From a virus, in the IMG/VR virus record IMGVR_UViG_3300025133_009446, positions 1 through 64,000 of that record: a stretch of DNA of 64,000 nt; one strand, given 5' to 3'. Below the pieces are notes generated by a model. The model was not told the origin of the DNA. It did not search any database and saw only the letters and a list, made by a program, of their open reading frames with translations. The translations under genes and the position numbers were made by a program. Below, piece after piece: positions 57,676-64,000 of the stretch. Position 1 is the first letter of the stretch. Every line of letters begins with the position of its first letter.

Positions 57676-59001
57676 TTAAAGTATTTTTGCTGCTAACGTA
57701 GCTACTTTAGATCTTTCACCCTTAGTTAAGGTGATATGTCCTGCTAACTCATAATATTTAAATTTTTCAATTGCATAAGTTAGTCCATTAGAGGTTTCGT
57801 CAACATATGCATTATCGATTTGCTCGACGTCGCCTGTTAATATAATTTTAGTATTTTCCCCCACTCTCGTAATGATTGTTTTAAGTTCATGAGCAGACAA
57901 ATTTTGTGCCTCATCAATGATTATATAAGAATCTGCAAGAGAACGCCCCCTTATATAAGTTAAAGCTTCAATTTCGATCGTACCGTTCTCTGTATACATT
58001 TTAAGTGTTTCTTTATCATTCCCCATTAGAAATCGTAAATTGTCTTGTATTGGCATCAACCATGGGCTCATTTTTTCTTCCATGGAACCAGGCAAATAAC
58101 CAATATCTTTACCCATAGGCTGAATAGGTCTGGAAACTACCAATCTTTTATATCTAGCTGCTGTCGTCTCTTCAACAACTTGTTCTAATCCGGCAGCTAT
58201 AGCCATTAATGTTTTGCCGCTCCCAGCTTTTCCAACCAACGTCACCACATGCACATTGGGATCCATCAACAAATCTAATGCAAATGTCTGCTCTTTATTT
58301 CTTGCTCTAATTCCCCATATTTTTTTCTTAGAATTGATTCCATTCACTCTTTGTAATGGAGATGTATAATTTATAAATCTTGCCAGCGCAGTTTTTTTAT
58401 CATTAGAGTTTGACACCAACATCATATATTGATTAGGAAATAATTTAATATCCTCCTTTTCTAAGAAAATATCTTCCCCACTATAAAATTGATCAATTGT
58501 TTGATCATCTACCAAGTGAGTTACGTATCCATCATATATATGAGTTGTGTCCTTTACAACTTGATTGGTTATATAATCCTCGGTTAAGAGTCCCAAAGCA
58601 TCACACTTAACGCGCATGTTGATGTCGCGTGAAACTACAATTACCTTTCTATTTAAACTTAATCTTTTTTCCGCCATGGCGACACCAATGATTTCATTAT
58701 CTGGTATTTTATAATCAATATCTTCAGGTAAATTTGCAAACTTAAAATTTTTAACTGTTATTAAACCTTTACCTTTATCTATTCTCACTCCTTTGAATAA
58801 ACTTCCTTTTTCTCTGAGAGAGTCTAATTTACGAATAACATTTCTAGCATTAGATCCAACACTATCTTGTCTTTTTTTATGATTGTCTACTTCCTCTAAA
58901 ACTTTAAATGGAATTACAATATCGTTATTTCCATATGAGGTTAAAGAGTTCGCGTCAGTTAGATATACGCTGGTGTCGAGAACATATATTTTTTTAGCCA
59001 T
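57676..59001 (-). CDS. phoH: PIN-PhoH (PhoH2-type) RNase/ATPase
   Basis: PIN: VLDTSV, EEVD, DNEI, SRDINMRVK. PhoH: GKAGSGKT, IGYLPG, RGRS, DEAQN, GD..QID. Confidence 0.92.
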   Translation of the reverse strand: MAKKIYVLDTSVYLTDANSLTSYGNNDIVIPFKVLEEVDNHKKRQDSVGSNARNVIRKLDSLREKGSLFKGVRIDKGKGLITVKNFKFANLPEDIDYKIPDNEIIGVAMAEKRLSLNRKVIVVSRDINMRVKCDALGLLTEDYITNQVVKDTTHIYDGYVTHLVDDQTIDQFYSGEDIFLEKEDIKLFPNQYMMLVSNSNDKKTALARFINYTSPLQRVNGINSKKKIWGIRARNKEQTFALDLLMDPNVHVVTLVGKAGSGKTLMAIAAGLEQVVEETTAARYKRLVVSRPIQPMGKDIGYLPGSMEEKMSPWLMPIQDNLRFLMGNDKETLKMYTENGTIEIEALTYIRGRSLADSYIIIDEAQNLSAHELKTIITRVGENTKIILTGDVEQIDNAYVDETSNGLTYAIEKFKYYELAGHITLTKGERSKVATLAAKIL

Positions 59002-59084
59002 GTATTTCCCTTTGCGCAGGAATATTATTATAAATAGATAGATATTTCGAAATTCACCAGTATTGGGGGATCTGTTTTAAAACC

Positions 59085-59107
59085 GAACAGCTGCTTTTAA
59101 GCTGTTC
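59085..59107. promoter_or_regulatory. Inverted repeat between the divergent phoH and protease genes (hairpin or operator)
   Basis: GAACAGCT-gctttta-AGCTGTTC, an 8-bp perfect stem. Confidence 0.4.
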
Positions 59108-59136
59108 TATACTAGTTATTTTAGGAGGCGCATCGC

Positions 59137-59874
59137 ATGAAATACAAAAAAACAATGTTTCTATTAATAATTTTCATTTTTTCTCACATCAGCAGCTGTA
59201 GTAATCCTCCTTTTTCTCACCATGTTAGTCGCCATGATGAATATATGCAAAGCAATCTCCCAAGAGAAGCTTTTATAAAAATAAAATCTAAAATCACAAT
59301 TAAAAATTGTGTAGCTGGAATATGCTCTAGACGTACATTGTCATATGCAGGATCTGGTTTTATTGTTGGTGTTGGAGAAAGAGGATCCTTTGTCATGACT
59401 GCTGCACATGTATGCAGAGATCGTGATGAGGACGCTAACAGACTTTTAGAACATAAAATAGTCGATCTAGATGGTAACGAACATGTTGGAATAACACTGG
59501 CTTATGATATCCAAGCCGATATTTGCCTTATGTATGCAACTGGATTGACAAACAAAAGGGCATTAACAGTTTCCCCAAATGAACCAAAACCTGGAGATAG
59601 ATTATATAATCTAGCAGCGCCTGCAGGTATATTTGATATCAATATGATGCCAATATTAGAAGGTTTTTACAATGGAGTTAGTAGCGGTGCAGCTGTATAT
59701 AGCATTCCTGCTGCTGGTGGAAGTTCTGGATCTCCAGTATTAAACAGTCACATGCAAATAGTAGGATTGATCCACTCTGTACATGTAGCTTTTCCCATGA
59801 TTACAATTGGACCAACTTATGAAGAAATAAAGCACTTCATTGAAACTAATGTAGAAAAATATTCAAATTTATAG
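59137..59874 (+). CDS. Trypsin-like serine protease with a probable lipoprotein signal
   Basis: TAAHVC, DICL, GGSSGSP triad motifs. AGGAGG RBS. K-rich then hydrophobic N-terminus ending ISSC. Confidence 0.88.
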   Translation: MKYKKTMFLLIIFIFSHISSCSNPPFSHHVSRHDEYMQSNLPREAFIKIKSKITIKNCVAGICSRRTLSYAGSGFIVGVGERGSFVMTAAHVCRDRDEDANRLLEHKIVDLDGNEHVGITLAYDIQADICLMYATGLTNKRALTVSPNEPKPGDRLYNLAAPAGIFDINMMPILEGFYNGVSSGAAVYSIPAAGGSSGSPVLNSHMQIVGLIHSVHVAFPMITIGPTYEEIKHFIETNVEKYSNL

Positions 59875-60225
59875 CTACTTTTCCCAAATAATTGATCCCA
59901 ATGTGTTTTTCACTGCAGTTAACCTATCATAAAATTGCATGCCTTGTATCTCGTCATACAACACATAACTTTGAAATTCATCTCTATCATAATTCGAAAA
60001 GATGTTATACAACATGTGAGATAATTGATCGTCAAAATGTATACGTTTAGTTGGAAATTTCATCATGTCCTCGCATGTAAAAGACAAATTCTGATTTTCA
60101 TAAAAGGAAACATCAACATAATCTCCTTTATTATTCATACTAGGCACCTTATAGCACATTACAATACTGAACGTTTGAGGGTTACATACATAACGTACCT
60201 CATCTGCATATAATTTAGTATTCAT
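59875..60225 (-). CDS. Hypothetical protein
   Basis: 116-aa ORF, TAATG-coupled to the upstream gene. Confidence 0.6.
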   Translation of the reverse strand: MNTKLYADEVRYVCNPQTFSIVMCYKVPSMNNKGDYVDVSFYENQNLSFTCEDMMKFPTKRIHFDDQLSHMLYNIFSNYDRDEFQSYVLYDEIQGMQFYDRLTAVKNTLGSIIWEK

Positions 60226-60431
60226 TATATAGTGCTCACTTCTTTAGGAGATATAAATTGCAATTTACTAGTTTTATTTCTAGGATCAGTTAGTGTTAAA
60301 TACTGATTTGTGTTCCAACTTAAATAATCAATATCTTCAATAAGCCATGTTCTATTTCGAAACAACACTCTGCTTCCTACGTAAGCTTTTCTACCTCTTT
60401 TATCAATTGTGAATCTTCTTGTTGTTTTCAT
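60225..60431 (-). CDS. Small hypothetical protein (possible SH3/KOW-like fold)
   Basis: 68 aa; DKRGRKAYVGSRV. Confidence 0.5.
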   Translation of the reverse strand: MKTTRRFTIDKRGRKAYVGSRVLFRNRTWLIEDIDYLSWNTNQYLTLTDPRNKTSKLQFISPKEVSTI

Positions 60432-60660
60432 TTTTCTTTCCTCGGCTCTTTTTTTTATTAGATTTTGGTTTTTCTTCTGGTTTAACCCAGAGTTTTAATC
60501 TGAATATTTCTCTATTTGAAGATGTGCCTCTCTTAATCTTTAAATGAATGGTTTCTGCATCATCATCATAAGTCATAGCTGCATCTCTTGCCTCCTCGTA
60601 TGTATTAAACATACCAACGTTAACCCACTTTTTATTATTTGATTCATCAGATTTATTCAT
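60403..60660 (-). CDS. Small hypothetical protein
   Basis: 85 aa; AGGAG RBS; GMFNTYEEARDAA. Confidence 0.6.
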   Translation of the reverse strand: MNKSDESNNKKWVNVGMFNTYEEARDAAMTYDDDAETIHLKIKRGTSSNREIFRLKLWVKPEEKPKSNKKKSRGKKNENNKKIHN

Positions 60661-60677
60661 ATGATCTCCTATATCAG

Positions 60678-60991
60678 TGGAAGTGTCGGGAGTCGAACCC
60701 GAGTCCGAAAAACCTCAAAAACAACGTCATTCACAAGATTAGTCAGTTATTTGAACTCTGACAAACTCAAACCCTGCATGCGCGTACCACCAGTTTTGTG
60801 ACTTTCTTGAAAAACTGGAAAGCTGCCTAGCTTCCTTAATGGAGTGCTAGAAACTCCAAATTACGCAGCTAAGGCGTAATCAAGTTCAACATTATCGTTG
60901 GCTTTTATAAAAATTGAGTATTTTTACTGTGCTACCCACACAGCCTTGCACGTTTATTTTATCCATTCTCCGTCGAAACCTTTTCACCCCC
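60678..60991 (-). ncRNA. ssrA: tmRNA (one-piece); tag peptide ANDNVELDYALAA at 60902-60861
   Basis: 5' GGGGGUG-AAAAGGUUUCGAC. 3' CUCGGGUUCGACUCCCGA-CACUUCCA. 7-bp acceptor stem with G3:U and an A discriminator. Internal ORF ends YALAA-stop. CCA is not encoded. Confidence 0.95.
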
Positions 60992-61003
60992 ATTATTGCT
61001 ATT

Positions 61004-61032
61004 AGTATATACAATTGTATATAAGATGTTAA
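61004..61032 (-). promoter_or_regulatory. Sigma70-type promoter for the tmRNA, overlapped by an 18-bp palindrome
   Basis: TTAACA-17 bp-TATACT ends 12 nt upstream of the tmRNA 5' end; TATATACAATTGTATATA at 61006-61023. Confidence 0.65.
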
Positions 61033-61033
61033 G

Positions 61034-61384
61034 CTATTTTTCGAAATAATCTTCAACTTTAAATTTTCTTAAGAGTTTTCGCAATTCTCTTGGCGCTATT
61101 CCTAAGAATCTTGCTGCTTCTCTTTTGGATTTTGTCGCGCTTAGGGCATACTTTAATAATGCATCTTGTACAATTTCTTTTGCACTATACCATATTGGCA
61201 TGCCATATAATTTATTGCCAAATACTTTAGAAGCTAATTCAAGCTTGAGTGCAATTGCTTCCTCAAGTGTCAAAGAATTTAACATTACCTCAAATTCTTC
61301 GTTACTTTTCAGATCGTTGCGGAGTTTCTTTGCGATGCTATAATTTTTATTTTTCCCAGAGACTTTTCTTTTTTTCCAGACCAC
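61034..61384 (-). CDS. Fis-type HTH DNA-binding protein
   Basis: C-terminal LLKYALSATKSKREAARFLGIAPRELRKLLRKF (HTH_8 pattern). Confidence 0.75.
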   Translation of the reverse strand: MVWKKRKVSGKNKNYSIAKKLRNDLKSNEEFEVMLNSLTLEEAIALKLELASKVFGNKLYGMPIWYSAKEIVQDALLKYALSATKSKREAARFLGIAPRELRKLLRKFKVEDYFEK

Positions 61385-61525
61385 TTAAATTTTCTCTCTA
61401 GATATGATACAATAAATTCATAGTTTGATTAATTAATCAATCCAATCTATTATAATCTTTATTATATTTTATTCTTTATATTATTTAAATGAAATATTAG
61501 ATATGATGGATTGCAACAGTACTAG

Positions 61526-62320
61526 CTAGACTCCTTCTTCTTCTTCTACCTCTTCTGCACCAACAGGTACATCTAGATCGTCAGCTAGTTCTTGTTCAAA
61601 TTTTCTGAAATATAGCTTAAAGTTAGTAATAATATAATCGCGATATGCGTCTGCATCTTCTTCATCTTCTAGATCTTCATATGCGCTAATGATCTGTTTT
61701 TCAACTTTATTCCATGCCCTTTCTGCAAAGTTGCGTCCAGTTCTATTTGCTCCCGGCAGATCTTGAAACGTTTTTTCTTCTTTTTCTGCTTCTTCCTTTG
61801 CCTCTTCTTCATCTTGTGGGCGTGCGGGAATAAATTTCGCTTCTTCTGCCTCTTCCTCATCCACTTCAACACCAATTACTTCCATGATAGCTTCTTTTAT
61901 TCTATCTTCAATTGAAGCTTCCTCGTCTGTTTCTTTTCCACCCGGCGCAAATCGATTTGCATCAACAGGGGCTAAAGCTGCATCTAAAGTGGCAAGGAAG
62001 TGAGCGGCAAAAGAATCTCGTTGTTCTTTTTTGGTTGTTAAAGTCTTGTATTCCTCTTCCACTTGCACTATAGTAGCTTTAAGCACTTTATCTAATTCTA
62101 CAATACCGGTGTTTTTGTGTTGTACGCCGCTAGCAACACTCGTGCTAGCATCTTCAGAAATTAGCCTACGTATCATGTTTCTCAAAACAGTTTCTTCTAG
62201 ATATTCTTTTTTAGCTTGTTTTAATTTTTTTTCATATATTGCTTTAATTCCATAACGTACAAATTTTCGTACTGTCATCTCCTCTTGCATTTCTGATATA
62301 AATTCTTTTCTATCAATCAT
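61526..62320 (-). CDS. Acidic hypothetical protein, possibly head-associated
   Basis: 264 aa, Glu-rich; LRNMIRRLISE-type segments. Confidence 0.55.
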   Translation of the reverse strand: MIDRKEFISEMQEEMTVRKFVRYGIKAIYEKKLKQAKKEYLEETVLRNMIRRLISEDASTSVASGVQHKNTGIVELDKVLKATIVQVEEEYKTLTTKKEQRDSFAAHFLATLDAALAPVDANRFAPGGKETDEEASIEDRIKEAIMEVIGVEVDEEEAEEAKFIPARPQDEEEAKEEAEKEEKTFQDLPGANRTGRNFAERAWNKVEKQIISAYEDLEDEEDADAYRDYIITNFKLYFRKFEQELADDLDVPVGAEEVEEEEGV

Positions 62321-64000
62321 ATTGCGCGCCTCATTGTTTTAATTAAATAGTTATATACTTCATCAATAAACTGTTCTTCTAGCTTTGTTTTCTTTTTTTT
62401 CTTTTTCTTTCTTTTTATTTTTCTTCTACGTACCGGCTTAACCTCTGTGGTACCAAACCCGCCAGAAAAACCTGCAGCTGCCCCCCCGCCGCCGCTGGAC
62501 ATCTCTTCTAATGCTTCGCCTTTTTCTGCCACTGATGATTCGGCTTCTGCTTCCATAGCCGGTGCTTCTTCTTCTGCTGTGTCTTGAGCTTCTTCTTCTG
62601 CTGTGTCTTGAGCTTCTTCTTCTGCTGTGTCTTGAGTTTCTTCTGCTACTTTTCTAGCTTCTTCTTCTTGTTTAGCCTTAACAACGAAATCACTACTTAA
62701 GGCTTTAAACATTTCATCTCTGGCAGCTGCTTGATTAAAAAGATCTTTTGCTTGTTTTTGCAGCGCCTGAAGTGCGGCTATGCCTTTTGTTTCATTACCT
62801 GCTTGTTGTAGAAAATATTTAGCTTTATCTTGAGTCGTCATTTTTTCGAAATCCAAGCCCTCAGACAAAGTTCTATCAATTTCTTCTTCTATTAGCCTAA
62901 GAAATATTCCCACATGAAACTGGGAATCCTCCTTCAACTCAGCGTTTTTTAATTTATTAACAATCATATTATGTAATGTCTCATCATACCACCCCATTAT
63001 ATCTTTAAATCCCTTTGGATTGCCCTCAGTACCTTTTAGTGCAAGACGAATATTCGTACCAGACATCTCGCCAATACCTGGAATGTTAATTGAAATATGA
63101 GGAGCAATTGCTAAATAACCATTTTCTGAATATGTTTTAAGATCGTCTAAATGCCCTTCATAATATTGAAAATAAGTTGGTTTTCCTTTTTTTGTAGTGC
63201 CCACATTGAATCTAGGACTTTCTTGCATATCTTTTTTACCAACAAAAAAGACGACTGAGGTTGTTTCTGGATCAAAATCCTCTAATATCTCTTTTGCTAT
63301 ATATGGATTTTTAGTCATGACAATGTTATTTTCTGGGATCTCGTATCGAACCATAATGGCTTTCTTTTCTTCAAAATTGAATGGTGATTTAGGGACACCA
63401 CCTTTATCGCTCGCGTCTACTACTGGAGAAGTGGAGATAAAGGTGTTTTCCTCTCCAAATTTTTCTTGTATTATTTTAAACACTTCGGCGTGATGTGCAC
63501 CCATGGGTTGAAACCTTCCTGGGTATATAGCTATAACCCTATTAGTAACACCCTCTGGAACGCCCGTAAATGCCTCTTTAAGAGCGTTTAACGACATTGG
63601 AGGCATATGCCCCCTACCGTATCTAAAAAGCCCTAACAATTGATTTATAGGAGCAAAATTACCGGTAAATTTATACATTTGCCCTTTCCACTGAAAAACA
63701 AACCCTTCTACAACTGTATCGATATCGTCGTGAGTTTTAAGCTTGTCTAATTGTTTAGCTAATATTTCATGAGCCTCGTCTTTGTGAGGTCCATCATATT
63801 TATGAATAGAGTTGATAGCTTGTTCAACGTCTTTTTTAATTCTATCAAGCTCGGCGTCACTATCTAAGATATAAGCGCTTCTCAAACTTCTCAATAATTC
63901 GACAGCGAAATCATGTATTGCTAACTCAATTGGCCAAATTAATTTTTTTATTTCTGTATTAGAATTATCAACAAAGTCTTTTACAACCGGATACGACTCT
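62317..64000 (-). CDS. Multidomain protein with a cytidylyltransferase-like (HIGH superfamily) domain; 5' end lies outside the window
   Basis: The frame stays open from 63894 to the edge (ESYPVVKDFV...). IAIYPGRFQPMGAHH, KSPFNFEEK, MSGTNIR; N-part EGFVF...YKFTGNFAPINQLLG. Confidence 0.7.
   Translation of the reverse strand, partial: ESYPVVKDFVDNSNTEIKKLIWPIELAIHDFAVELLRSLRSAYILDSDAELDRIKKDVEQAINSIHKYDGPHKDEAHEILAKQLDKLKTHDDIDTVVEGFVFQWKGQMYKFTGNFAPINQLLGLFRYGRGHMPPMSLNALKEAFTGVPEGVTNRVIAIYPGRFQPMGAHHAEVFKIIQEKFGEENTFISTSPVVDASDKGGVPKSPFNFEEKKAIMVRYEIPENNIVMTKNPYIAKEILEDFDPETTSVVFFVGKKDMQESPRFNVGTTKKGKPTYFQYYEGHLDDLKTYSENGYLAIAPHISINIPGIGEMSGTNIRLALKGTEGNPKGFKDIMGWYDETLHNMIVNKLKNAELKEDSQFHVGIFLRLIEEEIDRTLSEGLDFEKMTTQDKAKYFLQQAGNETKGIAALQALQKQAKDLFNQAAARDEMFKALSSDFVVKAKQEEEARKVAEETQDTAEEEAQDTAEEEAQDTAEEEAPAMEAEAESSVAEKGEALEEMSSGGGGAAAGFSGGFGTTEVKPVRRRKIKRKKKKKKKTKLEEQFIDEVYNYLIKTMRRAI
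62564..62647. repeat. 24-bp tandem repeat (3 copies plus a partial) encoding QDTAEEEA
   Basis: gcttcttcttctgctgtgtcttga x3. Confidence 0.9.

Noticed and set aside
60678-60710. A tRNA gene
   Set aside because: The T-arm and acceptor strand pair with a 5' end about 300 nt away, with a tag ORF in between, so it is tmRNA.
503-63493. The many short + strand ORFs and nested alternative-frame ORFs in the track
   Set aside because: They are antisense or out-of-frame shadows of long, motif-bearing minus-strand genes and show no recognisable motifs. Only 59137-59874 is credible on the + strand.
1-64000. Stop-codon reassignment (alternative genetic code)
   Set aside because: Coding density is near complete under code 11, and TAA, TAG and TGA all terminate genes at sensible boundaries.
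62317-64000. CCA-adding enzyme for the CCA-less tmRNA
   Set aside because: The domain is HIGH-superfamily, not the pol-beta-type fold of CCA enzymes.

Overview
This 64 kb AT-rich window is almost entirely minus-strand and densely coding, and is best read as part of a very large myovirus-type (jumbo) phage genome using genetic code 11. (1) 1-33.6 kb is a contractile-tail and baseplate module: gp25-like and gp6/J-like wedge proteins, a 3121-aa LamG/wedge protein, a spike-like protein with an HxH motif, a 1314-aa tail-associated lysin candidate (glycosidase-like barrel plus amidase), and several giant unknown virion proteins. (2) 33.6-35.4 kb holds a phage sigma-like factor, an FmdB zinc ribbon and small genes. 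(3) 35.3-55.4 kb is a 20-kb, translationally coupled cluster of about 23 apparently soluble glycan-building genes. It includes a UDP-sugar dehydrogenase, two epimerases, an HpcH aldolase, a CMP-ulosonate synthetase, a GT29 sialyltransferase-like enzyme, a plant-type DUF579 O-methyltransferase, and GT2/GT4/GT8-like transferases. No flippase, polymerase or export genes are recognisable. (4) 55.4-64 kb carries a Cas4/RecB-like nuclease, a HEXXH protein, PIN-PhoH, a lipoprotein-like trypsin protease, a complete tmRNA (tag ANDNVELDYALAA) with its own sigma70-type promoter, a Fis-type regulator and probable head-associated proteins. The most interesting signals are a NeuB/KdsA-independent ulosonic-acid and methylation cassette, possibly for virion glycosylation; a peptidoglycan-binding domain whose two halves lie in reversed order in two adjacent paralogous genes; a recurrent CTAWTTAW candidate late promoter; and the tmRNA unit. 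All protein assignments come from motif recognition by eye, not database searches.
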